From the NCBI GenBank assembly GCA_030698805.1, contig JAUYMA010000004.1, positions 19,065 through 83,064 on the forward strand: 64,000 nucleotides of DNA, given 5' to 3'. Source of the stretch: Nanobdellota archaeon (GTDB taxonomy: Archaea; Nanobdellota; Nanobdellia; Pacearchaeales; GW2011-AR1). This document shows positions 53,468 to 62,283 of the stretch, in pieces (the first letter of the stretch is position 1; each line of letters begins with the position of its first letter). A program made the position numbers and the translations under genes. Below the pieces are notes generated by a model. That model made no database searches. It worked only from the letters and a program-made list of their open reading frames with translations, and was not told where the DNA came from.

Positions 53468-53865
53468 TAGTTTAACTTATATCTTGTTCGAAAAACATCC
53501 TCTGGAATCCCGAAGGGCCTTAAGACATAACCTGTTCTAGCTGAAGCATAAGCATCTACTTTGGCTTCATCATCGGGGCTATCAAAATGCCTGCTTATGA
53601 TATGGTGGCCGTACTCATGCCTGTCAACAAAGGCAGTTTTAGAAGATGACAAACCTTCTACAATTCTTCTTCTTTGTGTTACAAGATTATAATCTCCCAG
53701 AACTCCTTCAGGCATTTGAGAGGCGGACACATGTTCGACTGGAGAATCAACCTCTTCTCCCTCTCTATCTACCCCCCTAACTTCATATTTCCATCTGGAA
53801 GAATAATCAAAATAAAGAGGATTTTTCTTATTATCTGCTTTATCAGGTAAAATATTATAAAACAT
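53467..53865 (-). CDS. 132-aa hypothetical protein with HExxH(x5)H zinc-peptidase-like motif
   Basis: ...TAFVDRHEYGHHIISRHFDSPDDE... No signal peptide. 1-nt overlap with the bud32 start. Begins 5 nt after the srp54 stop. Confidence 0.45.
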   Translation of the reverse strand: MFYNILPDKADNKKNPLYFDYSSRWKYEVRGVDREGEEVDSPVEHVSASQMPEGVLGDYNLVTQRRRIVEGLSSSKTAFVDRHEYGHHIISRHFDSPDDEAKVDAYASARTGYVLRPFGIPEDVFRTRYKLN

Positions 53866-53870
53866 GTCAG

Positions 53871-55229
53871 TTACATCCTCATCCTTCTTCCAAATTTCTT
53901 AGCAAGCTTCATCATTGTCTTTTGATCCAGTTCTCCCCCTTCAACAATCTTTGCCTGCGAGCTCATCATTTCTTTTAGCATTTTATATTGTTTTATTAAC
54001 ATTCTGATATCTGAAGTTGAAGTCCCCGATCCTTTCGCCACTCTTTGAATCCTAGAGGTTTCTTTTTCTAATATCTCTGGATTTTCAATCTCAACTTGAG
54101 TCATACTATTTATAGCATGTTTCCATCGCTTAACTTTTTCTTGCTGTACCTGCATAGCTTCATTAGGAATCTTAGCTTTTCCTAATCCTGGAATCATGCC
54201 AACAAGTTTATCAAGCGAACCTATATTTTCCATAGAGTCTAGTTGAGTTTGTAAGTCTCGTAAGGTAAATTTTCCTTCTTGTAACTTTTTTTGAGTCTCT
54301 TCAATTTTGTCCTTATCAACGACTGATTGAATTTTCTCCATTAAAGCCTTCAAATCTCCCATACCTAACAACCTTGATAAAAAGGCTTCAGGATCAAATG
54401 TCTCCAAATCTGACGCTTTTTCTCCTGTGCCTATAAAAACCACCGGGGCCTTGACTTCAGCACAGGCGGTTAGCGCTCCCCCTGCCTTTGCAGTAGAATC
54501 CATCTTAGTAATTATTACCCCTGTGATATTTACAGAATCTTTAAAAGTCTGAGCTTGTTTTTTAGCAGTTTGTCCTACATCCGCGCTCATGACTAAAAAA
54601 GTCTCAGTAGGTTTAGCCAATTTAGAGATTTCTTTTATTTCCTCAATCAAATCTTCAGATAAAGCATCTCTGCCTGCGCTGTCAATAATCACTAACCCAT
54701 AATCTTCGATTTCATCTTTATATTTTTTCCAGATTTTCTTGGGATCTTTCTCACCAGGAAGGATGAATGATTTAATGTTAAGTTTATCACACAATTGCTT
54801 AAGTTGCTCTGCTGCAGCAGGTCTATGCACATCCAGCCCAACAGCACAAACCCTGCTTCCTCGCTTAGAGTAATAAGAAGCTAGTTTAGAGATCGTAGTC
54901 GTCTTTCCTTGCCCGTATAAACCAAGCATAAGCCATACATTTTTTTTCTGAATTTGAATCTCTCTCTTCTCGCCTAAAAGATTCAATAACTCATCGTGCA
55001 ATAATTTTATTACATGCTCTTTCTTTTCAATACCTTTAATCCTCTCTTCTAAAGCGGCTTGTTTTATCTTCTTACTTATCTCTAATACTAAAGAGACGTT
55101 CACATCTGCTTCGATAAGTGCCCTTTGCAAATCCTTTACAATTTGGTCAACTAAATTCTTGTCAAGAAAGATGGCATTGGCTATCTTATCTGTTGTTTTT
55201 TTCAAGGCATTAGACAGCTTATCTAACAT
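53871..55229 (-). CDS. srp54: signal recognition particle protein SRP54
   Basis: N domain, G domain (GLYGQGKTTTISKLA, DSAGR, TKMD) and Met-rich M domain. Confidence 0.95.
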   Translation of the reverse strand: MLDKLSNALKKTTDKIANAIFLDKNLVDQIVKDLQRALIEADVNVSLVLEISKKIKQAALEERIKGIEKKEHVIKLLHDELLNLLGEKREIQIQKKNVWLMLGLYGQGKTTTISKLASYYSKRGSRVCAVGLDVHRPAAAEQLKQLCDKLNIKSFILPGEKDPKKIWKKYKDEIEDYGLVIIDSAGRDALSEDLIEEIKEISKLAKPTETFLVMSADVGQTAKKQAQTFKDSVNITGVIITKMDSTAKAGGALTACAEVKAPVVFIGTGEKASDLETFDPEAFLSRLLGMGDLKALMEKIQSVVDKDKIEETQKKLQEGKFTLRDLQTQLDSMENIGSLDKLVGMIPGLGKAKIPNEAMQVQQEKVKRWKHAINSMTQVEIENPEILEKETSRIQRVAKGSGTSTSDIRMLIKQYKMLKEMMSSQAKIVEGGELDQKTMMKLAKKFGRRMRM

Positions 55230-55288
55230 AAAAAATCAAGCCCAAGAGGGGTTAATAAATTTGTGGTTTGTAGTTTTAAGCTTGATAA

Positions 55289-56271
55289 TCAAATAAAGAA
55301 AATGAACAATGCAATATAAATAAGAGGTATGGCAATAAACATAGTATATTCTGTCCGACTATGGACTCTCTTAACCAATGCCTCATTCTTGCGTTCAATT
55401 AACTCCAGCATCATTACATTTAAAGCAAAACTCACTAAAATAACAAAATAAGTCAGTATCATGAACCTATCTGCGAAAGTAAGATAACCTACTGGAGGAA
55501 TTTGATTACTTAAAGAAACATGGAACATCACTGAAGCGATTAATGCTGATCCAACCATGCTCAACCTAGTGGTAATCTTATCAGGATCTAAAATAAAGCT
55601 CGAAAGCATAACTACTATGATAAACATTACGGGAAGAAAGGTTTTAAGAAAAGAGTTAAAAGCGATCCTATTAATGGGAATAGTCAAAATATATTGGGAG
55701 TAAGTTTCATTATAAACTGAATAATAATGTTCTTTAATTTCCACCGTCACGTTTTGAATGTGCCAGCCTGTAAAACTAATAGACGGATCAATACCAGTTT
55801 CCTCATAAAGTGGAAAATAGTTCAAAATATCGATTGTGTTTCTCTTATCCTCTAATATAATTTGCATTTTCTGTTCGTCAAATGAAAATTTCTTTAGGTT
55901 AATAGGACTCGATAGCTGGGCTTGGATCCTATAAAACTTTTCATTAGGGGAATCCAATGATTTTCTCAAAGCTGCTTGCCCGCCCGTTAATAAACTCGAA
56001 TTCCTGCGAACTACAATTCACTTGACATTTAAGAGAGAGGTAGAAATCAACCGTGAAAGACCCTGTAGAAATATCAAACTTTCCAAGGTTTAAAATATAA
56101 ACTCCTACAAAAACTGAGGCATTAGAGGTTCTCTCAATCCCTGATTCTGAATCATTTGAATTAGAAAGATCATAGCTAAGCAGACTTGTTGAAATCTGTG
56201 AAGTAGCTAATTTTGGCACAACTAATAAGATTAACAAAGCACATAAAATAAAACATAACTACTTTTTTCAT
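55289..56271 (-). pseudogene. pentameric ligand-gated ion channel (GLIC/ELIC-like) homologue interrupted by two frameshifts
   Basis: Three collinear reading-frame pieces. Signal peptide MKKVVMFYFMCFVNLISC (from ATG 56271). Ectodomain start ...VFVGVYILNLGKFDISTGSFTVDFYLSLKCQ (track ORF 55944-56237). Rest of the ectodomain with LKKFSFDEQKMQIILED plus TM1-TM3 and a last helix (track ORF 55289-55969). Total about 327 codons, the usual prokaryotic pLGIC size. Confidence 0.65.
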
Positions 56272-56348
56272 TAAAATTCTAGAAAATCAGATCCTTTTAA
56301 ATTTTCTGATATTTGAAAGATTTTAATAGTATCGCCCCATAGAGTGTT

Positions 56349-56816
56349 ATGCCAAAAGTCAGCTCAGGATTACTGATGTATAAATTTCACCAAGGATTTT
56401 TAAAAGTCTTTTTGGTGCATCCTGGGGGTCCATTCTTTAAAGACAAAGATCTAGGATGGTGGAGTATCCCTAAAGGCGAGGTTGAAGAGGGGGAAAATTT
56501 ACTTCAGACTGCTATTAGAGAGATAGAAGAAGAAACAGGTATAATTCCAAAAGGTCCATACATAGAACTGGGGCAAATAAAGCAAAAGGCAGGTAAAATA
56601 GTAAATTGCTGGGCATTTGAAGGGGATTGGTCAGGCTTGTTGATATGCAAAAGCTGGGTAAGTCTGCCTGCAAGAAACGGGGCCTATATAAAATTCCCCG
56701 AAGTAGATAAGGCAGGATTTTTTCTAGTTGAAGAAGCAAAGAAGAAAATAAACCAGGCGCAAAAAGAATTAATAGAAAGATTAGAATCTAAGTTGCAAAT
56801 TCCCTCTGCTCTGTAA
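56349..56816 (+). CDS. Nudix hydrolase
   Basis: WWSIPKGEVEEGENLLQTAIREIEEETGI is an intact Nudix box. Confidence 0.75.
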   Translation: MPKVSSGLLMYKFHQGFLKVFLVHPGGPFFKDKDLGWWSIPKGEVEEGENLLQTAIREIEEETGIIPKGPYIELGQIKQKAGKIVNCWAFEGDWSGLLICKSWVSLPARNGAYIKFPEVDKAGFFLVEEAKKKINQAQKELIERLESKLQIPSAL

Positions 56817-57609
56817 GCCATCGTAATGCCTCTTCTCTGCCGCGTTTAAGAATAGTAAATTTCCAGAAATCATAATGTTTAAATCCTGTAGGGAAGAGGA
56901 TTGAATCTTTTGTATAGGGTCTCCCCACCTCCAAGAAATGAGCGACATCAGGCTTCTGGTAAGGGGCGACCACTGCATGTCCTGTCTGAAAAAAAGGAGC
57001 GATGAGGGTATATTTAGAGATTAAATCTGCCATATTAGTCCCTGCTACAGGAGGTCTATTCCTTTCAGTCTGCCAGCCCTTATGAAATGCAGAATTTCCT
57101 GCAAATAATTCATGGAGAGATTCGCATAAGGCGCTATATTTATCAAGGTAACTTAATAGCTGTGATTCCACAGTTTGTTTATTCTTCGCTTCATGTAATA
57201 ATCCTACATAATCGAAGCCTGCCACCTTAGAGGGCCATTTTTTTCCTAATGTTCCAATAGCCTTCTCTTCTTCAGCTTCGAGGATTCTTTTCTCATCATC
57301 GCTCATATTAAGTTTAACACTGAAAACAACATCCCCCCTCTCACTTTCAGTCTCAGGATCATCATGAACTAAAGCAAGAACTCTCGCTCTCTCCAAATCA
57401 AACGAAGGCAGGGCAGAAAGAATAACAGGGGTAAGTTCCTCAATTAAATATAATAATTCAGTGCCATGCATCTCCAAGTCATGACTATAATAGGGAGGGC
57501 CAACAACAGGAGTATTCCATCTCTTTATTCTCCTTAATGCCTCTTTCCTTCCAATAAAGCCCTGTGATTCAATAAATTCATGATCGATGCCATCAAGAAC
57601 GTTTAACAT
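56788..57609 (-). CDS. HD-domain phosphohydrolase (YfbR-like N-terminal half) with extra C-terminal domain
   Basis: SHDLEMHGTELLYL ... RVLALVHDDPETESERGDV (H...HD...D pattern), 273 aa. Confidence 0.55.
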   Translation of the reverse strand: MLNVLDGIDHEFIESQGFIGRKEALRRIKRWNTPVVGPPYYSHDLEMHGTELLYLIEELTPVILSALPSFDLERARVLALVHDDPETESERGDVVFSVKLNMSDDEKRILEAEEEKAIGTLGKKWPSKVAGFDYVGLLHEAKNKQTVESQLLSYLDKYSALCESLHELFAGNSAFHKGWQTERNRPPVAGTNMADLISKYTLIAPFFQTGHAVVAPYQKPDVAHFLEVGRPYTKDSILFPTGFKHYDFWKFTILKRGREEALRWLTEQREFAT

Positions 57610-57658
57610 AAAAACATATTGGCTTTACCTTTTTTAATGATTATTGCACGATGGAATA

Positions 57659-58972
57659 CTATTCTAATCCCAAATTTTTTAATACTATTTTCTTGCTAAA
57701 AATTTCCATATCCCCATAGTCCTGGCCCGTCCCTAGGAAATAAATAGGTTTGCCAGTTACATGACTTACAGATAAAACTGCCCCTGCTTTTTCATCAATG
57801 TCTGCTTTGCTCAGGATTATGCCGTCTATGCCTGCACTTTCATTGAAGCTCCTTGCTTGCTCAACAGCGTCATTTCCTGTGATGCTTTCTCCAACAAAAA
57901 TCTTCAGATCAGGCTTACTTACTCTCACAATTTTTTCCATCTCCTTAAGCAAGTTCTCTTTTGTGTACATCCTGCCTGCAGTATCTATTAAAACAACTTT
58001 TATTTTGTGAGCTTCTGCATATTTTCGGGCTTCAAATGCGACAGACGCAGGGTCAGAACCATAAGAGCTAGCTATGACTGGAACACCTATTCTTTCGCCG
58101 TGTGTTTTTAACTGTTCAATGGATGCGGCTCTAAATGTATCGCCAGCAGCAAGGACGCATTGGATTCCCTTTTCCTTCAACATGTAAGCTATTTTAGCAA
58201 TACTAGTTGTCTTCCCGGTACCATTTATTCCAAAAAAGAGAATAGTAAAGATCCCCTCCTTATTTTTTATATCTTCAAACAGATTTGGAGGCTCTATTAA
58301 CAGATCTAAAATAGATTCTTTCAAAGCCTCTAAAACCTTTTTTTCTGCTTCCGCCTTTTTGATTTGCTGCCCCACTAATTTTTTAGCTAAATTTTCCTTA
58401 ATTTTGTCTACCGCTTCCAGAGCCACATTACTTTCGAGTAAAGTTATTTCTAAATCAGTAAATATCTTATCAAATTGCTCCTGATCAAGTTCAGACGCAG
58501 ATATTTTACTAACAAGCTTTTTAAAGAAACCCTCTTCTTTAGGAACCTCTTCAATTTCCTTTTCCTCTTCAGCTTCTTCAACAGATTCTGGCTGCGCCTC
58601 TTCTTCTTCTTTCTCTTTTTTCTTAAATAACTTGGAAAAAAATCCTGCTTTCTCTTCTTCCTGAACTTCCTCAGCCTTTCCAACTTCTTCTTTATCTTCG
58701 GCCCTCGTCTCTCCTATTTCTTTCTTTTCAACACTCTGCTCTACAACTTTCTCAATCTCTTCAGCTTCTTTCTTCTGAATCTCCTCAGTTTTAGCGGCCT
58801 TAACCGCTTTCTTCGTTACCTCTTTCTTCTTATCTTTGGCGGTCCTCTTACTCTCTTTTTTAGGAGCTTCTTTCTTCTTTTCCTTATCTTTCTTCCCAAC
58901 CTTGCTTTTTTCCTTTTCAACATCCTCTTTTCCAATCCATCCTGTAAGCTTCTTCTTTAAAAAATCGAACAT
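57659..58972 (-). CDS. ftsY: SRP receptor FtsY
   Basis: K/E-rich acidic-basic N-terminal region, then NG domain (FFGINGTGKTTSIAKIA, DTAGR, SKAD). Confidence 0.95.
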   Translation of the reverse strand: MFDFLKKKLTGWIGKEDVEKEKSKVGKKDKEKKKEAPKKESKRTAKDKKKEVTKKAVKAAKTEEIQKKEAEEIEKVVEQSVEKKEIGETRAEDKEEVGKAEEVQEEEKAGFFSKLFKKKEKEEEEAQPESVEEAEEEKEIEEVPKEEGFFKKLVSKISASELDQEQFDKIFTDLEITLLESNVALEAVDKIKENLAKKLVGQQIKKAEAEKKVLEALKESILDLLIEPPNLFEDIKNKEGIFTILFFGINGTGKTTSIAKIAYMLKEKGIQCVLAAGDTFRAASIEQLKTHGERIGVPVIASSYGSDPASVAFEARKYAEAHKIKVVLIDTAGRMYTKENLLKEMEKIVRVSKPDLKIFVGESITGNDAVEQARSFNESAGIDGIILSKADIDEKAGAVLSVSHVTGKPIYFLGTGQDYGDMEIFSKKIVLKNLGLE

Positions 58973-59021
58973 ATCCCTTAAAACCTTTAGGCATTTATTA
59001 AATTAACTCTTAAGAAAAAGA

Positions 59022-59687
59022 TTAAACTCTTACCCTATAGGACAGTGCCCTATCAAAAGGCTGCTCTATTTGCATCATTTCCGCGATAGATAACTGTTCA
59101 AAATAACGGCGCAGTGGTCTGATAGAATTGCCATGGGCAGAAATTGCAATATTCACTGGTTGCTTTCTCAATATCTTAAAGAGATCTTTAAGAAAGGAAT
59201 TGACGCGTTTTTCTACATCTTGAACAGACTCTCCCCTTGGGGGCCTTACATGGTAGCTTCGGCGTACAACCTTTAGTTCTGCCTCTCCGACTCTTCTGAT
59301 AAAATCTCCTCTTTCTTTTCCGTTTAGATGATCAATTTTATGCCAATGTAGCAAGGTCTTATAATCCTCCTTACCTTCCCGTTTAATAAAGGCTTGATGA
59401 CTTCTTCCTTGCAAGGATCCATAAGAACGTTCTCTCAATCTCTTATCTACTAGTATCTTGGTAAAACGATGATATTTCAAAACCTCTCTTAAAGTCTGTT
59501 GAGCCCTAATAAGGTCTGAAGTGAATGCTAAATCAATTTTCTTGCTTTTTAATTGCGAGGCAATAGCCTTGGCATCCTTAAATCCGGCAGGGCTTAATCT
59601 AGAGTTCTTCCAACCCGTAAAACGATGCTGTTGGTTGAAGAAAGTTCGGCCATGCCTAAAAAGATAAATATTCACTTCTTTTTTCAT
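59022..59687 (-). CDS. histidine phosphatase (phosphoglycerate-mutase superfamily)
   Basis: IYLFRHGRTFFNQQHRFTGW (RHG motif) and ISAHGNSIR. Start set to ATG 59687 (the track ORF begins at an upstream GTG). Confidence 0.8.
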   Translation of the reverse strand: MKKEVNIYLFRHGRTFFNQQHRFTGWKNSRLSPAGFKDAKAIASQLKSKKIDLAFTSDLIRAQQTLREVLKYHRFTKILVDKRLRERSYGSLQGRSHQAFIKREGKEDYKTLLHWHKIDHLNGKERGDFIRRVGEAELKVVRRSYHVRPPRGESVQDVEKRVNSFLKDLFKILRKQPVNIAISAHGNSIRPLRRYFEQLSIAEMMQIEQPFDRALSYRVRV

Positions 59688-59789
59688 ATATCTATCTAGG
59701 GTCTTCCTATTAAAAGTTTTACTCTTAGCCACTTAAGGATAAATTCAGACTACAATCATTTTTATAAACCACTAATTAATTCTTATATT

Positions 59790-60350
59790 ATGTTAAGTTA
59801 CAATGATCTATATGAGTTATTAAGAAAAGAAAAATATGCTGAACTATTGCAACCTCTGCCTAAAAATTTTATCCAAGAAGTATCTGAATATCTAAACGAT
59901 AAAAAATTCCAGTCTTCCAAGGAGGAAGACCTGTTTGCAGACTCTGTCGCAAGATCGAAAAAACAGCTGGAAAATTCAATCTCTATATTCAAAGAGTTAA
60001 TGAGATTAAGAAAGAAAAAGATTCTTAATTTAGTATTCGTAGCTACGGAAACCGGCATGATGAAAAGAGATTATGAAAATATGCTCGCTTTCGAGAAAGA
60101 TACTTTCGATAAATTAGTTAGGGCTTTGGAAGAAGGCGACAAAGAACTCGCGAGAAATATGAATTCAAAAAAAGAAAGTGAAAAGCATACAAATAAACTG
60201 ATACTTTTCAATCAAAATGTAGACCTGTTTATGGATTTAAATGGAAATTCTATTGGCCCTTTCACGGCAGGCCAGATCGCCAATTTAGATCTAGAAGTAT
60301 CCACTATTCTAGTTTCGAGTGGCAAGGCCCGATTTGTAGACGAAGATTAG
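59790..60350 (+). CDS. GINS subunit (Gins51/Sld5-like)
   Basis: N-terminal LYELLRKEKYAELLQPLPKNFIQEVSEYL pattern and a size (186 aa) typical of archaeal GINS51. Confidence 0.55.
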   Translation: MLSYNDLYELLRKEKYAELLQPLPKNFIQEVSEYLNDKKFQSSKEEDLFADSVARSKKQLENSISIFKELMRLRKKKILNLVFVATETGMMKRDYENMLAFEKDTFDKLVRALEEGDKELARNMNSKKESEKHTNKLILFNQNVDLFMDLNGNSIGPFTAGQIANLDLEVSTILVSSGKARFVDED

Positions 60351-60352
60351 TT

Positions 60353-60526
60353 TCATGCCTTACCAAAAGCTAAAGCTGAACTAGCAATCTTCTCATAAAA
60401 TAGATCGTCAATACATTCAATTTCTTCGGATAGACTTACCTTACTCGAAGCGGAACTCTCTTCAAATTCTACATCGAGTAACTCATCTATACCTTCAATT
60501 TGTATTGTCTGCTGGGTTTTAGTCAT
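60353..60526 (-). CDS. 57-aa acidic hypothetical protein
   Basis: Hand translation: MTKTQQTIQIEGIDELLDVEFEESSASSKVSLSEEIECIDDLFYEKIASSALAFGKA. Perfect AGGAGG 8 nt upstream of the ATG. Confidence 0.35.
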   Translation of the reverse strand: MTKTQQTIQIEGIDELLDVEFEESSASSKVSLSEEIECIDDLFYEKIASSALAFGKA

Positions 60527-60584
60527 TTAAATACCTCCTATCTAATTTAATTATAGAGAATTTTCATTCTCCAAACGAAGAATT

Positions 60585-60743
60585 TTAATTAAAATTCTTT
60601 GTCATACCCTGATTAAACTCTCGCTCTGTGCTCATCCCTCTTGCAGGTTCCACTAAAAGCAAATAAGCTCCAAAGTAATAATTGCGCCAAACCTTTGCTT
60701 CTCGAGCTCTTCTTATCTCAACCGTTCTGTTTTTATTTCTCAT
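60585..60743 (-). CDS. 52-aa basic hypothetical protein
   Basis: Hand translation: MRNKNRTVEIRRAREAKVWRNYYFGAYLLLVEPARGMSTEREFNQGMTKNFN. GGAGGTG 4 nt upstream of the ATG. Confidence 0.35.
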   Translation of the reverse strand: MRNKNRTVEIRRAREAKVWRNYYFGAYLLLVEPARGMSTEREFNQGMTKNFN

Positions 60744-60907
60744 TTGCACCTCCGCCTCTAATAAATAGGTTATTTATTACTACGTTGCTAAACAAAAATC
60801 CCTAAGTGAGATAAAGAAGGGCAGTTCACAAATTTTAAAAACCGAATTTTAAGTCACCTTGAAAGTGGTACAGTAATGTTTAAAACCCTTCATTCCGAGA
60901 CTTTGGA

Positions 60908-61477
60908 ATGATTATAGAACATACTTTAGTATTGCTTAAACCTGATACTATCCAAAGGAGTATAATTGGAAAGATCGTGACTAAATTTGAAGATGCAGGT
61001 CTCAAAATTGTAGCAATGAAAATGCTATGGGCCTCTGAAGATCAAGTAGAAAGGCATTATCCCTTTGATGAATTATGGGCTAAGCAGGTATATGAGAAAA
61101 CAAAAAAAGTATATGAAGAAAGTGGGAAAAAATTCGAATATAAAGATCATGTAGAGCATGGACAAACCATAAGAAAATGGTTAATGGATTTCTTAAGAGA
61201 AGGGCCCATCTTAGCTATCGTTTTAGAAGGTCCGCATTCTGTAGAGATAGTTCGAAAGATGGTTGGATCGACAGAACCTAGACAAGCTGCCCCGGGTACC
61301 TTGAGAGGAGATTTTGCGGTAGTAGAGTCCTATGCCCTTGCCGATGCCAAAAAGCGCCCTCTGAGAAATCTTATTCATGCGTCAGATACCGTAGAGAATG
61401 CAAAGAGAGAAATTGCAGTATGGTTTGATAACAAAGAGATACAGAAGTATACGAAAGAACTTGATACGCATTTTTAA
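60908..61477 (+). CDS. ndk: nucleoside diphosphate kinase (long form with internal insertion)
   Basis: TLVLLKPDTIQRSIIGKIVTKFEDAGLKIVAMKM ... GTLRGDFA ... NLIHASD (active-site His). About 40 extra residues after the first third. Confidence 0.9.
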   Translation: MIIEHTLVLLKPDTIQRSIIGKIVTKFEDAGLKIVAMKMLWASEDQVERHYPFDELWAKQVYEKTKKVYEESGKKFEYKDHVEHGQTIRKWLMDFLREGPILAIVLEGPHSVEIVRKMVGSTEPRQAAPGTLRGDFAVVESYALADAKKRPLRNLIHASDTVENAKREIAVWFDNKEIQKYTKELDTHF

Positions 61478-61515
61478 TAAGAAATATTTATTAACTTTCC
61501 TTATGAAATAGCGAC

Positions 61516-62232
61516 ATGTATGAATATCTAATCGGGGCGATTATAGTTTTTCTTGTTTGGACAATATTCTTCTTCGTAAGAAAAGATCTACGAAAGCCCA
61601 TAGTCTGGACGGGTACATTTTATTTGACATTTAATCTTATTCTTGCCATAATGTGGCATGTTGTGGATAGATTTGTAGATATTGGCCAGCCCATTGTGCC
61701 TTCCTATTGGAACCCTCCTACATTGTTCAGCCTCACTCGCATAACTGGATTTATGGGAATAGAAGATGTTCTTTTCATCTTTTTCATGGGGGGAATAGGG
61801 GCCGCAACATATGAGATATTTCTCCATAAAAAAATCAATTTAAAAAGAACGTATCGGCCTCATTTCATCGCGCTTACAATGACTTTTATATTATTTTTTG
61901 TTTTTGCATATGCTCTTCCTATAAACATTATTTATCCTTATAGTTTCGCAACAATTTGCGGAGCAGTAATAGTTCTATTTGAACGTAGAGATCTTATTAA
62001 GCATTCGTTATTGGGGGGAATAGTCTTTGTGGTAATGTATTTAATTGCCTATTTTTTATATAATCTGGCTTTTCCGGACTTTATTACGAGCTTTTACAGT
62101 CAAGAAGTTCTAGAAGGCATATCTCTCTTAGGCATCCCTTTTGAAGAATTGCTATATGCTTTTAGTTTTGGACTTTTGTGGGCTCCATTATATGAATATG
62201 CTCATGGCGAAAAGTGTGTAGATGAAAAGTAA
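61516..62232 (+). CDS. polytopic membrane protein, possibly a lycopene-cyclase-domain (CrtYc/d-like) protein
   Basis: 238 aa with about 7 TM segments. Two copies of a hPhEE-like motif (MGIEDVLFIFF, GIPFEELLYAF). Tentative. Confidence 0.45.
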   Translation: MYEYLIGAIIVFLVWTIFFFVRKDLRKPIVWTGTFYLTFNLILAIMWHVVDRFVDIGQPIVPSYWNPPTLFSLTRITGFMGIEDVLFIFFMGGIGAATYEIFLHKKINLKRTYRPHFIALTMTFILFFVFAYALPINIIYPYSFATICGAVIVLFERRDLIKHSLLGGIVFVVMYLIAYFLYNLAFPDFITSFYSQEVLEGISLLGIPFEELLYAFSFGLLWAPLYEYAHGEKCVDEK

Positions 62233-62252
62233 AAATTGCTTCAACCATTAAG

Positions 62253-62260
62253 CCTAAAAA
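62253..62260 (+). promoter_or_regulatory. TATA-like box (CCTAAAAA) at -31..-24 of tRNA-Arg(GCG)
   Basis: Fixed spacing shared by all nine tRNA genes. Confidence 0.4.
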
Positions 62261-62283
62261 CTCCCTAATCTCCTTTATCTTAT

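Noticed and set aside
58450-58972. Lys/Glu-rich low-complexity region with purine-rich DNA periodicity, plus an alternative-frame 77-aa track ORF (58450-58683).
   Set aside because: This is the normal charged N-terminal (A-domain-like) region of FtsY. The alternative-frame ORF is a by-product of the purine-rich repeat composition.
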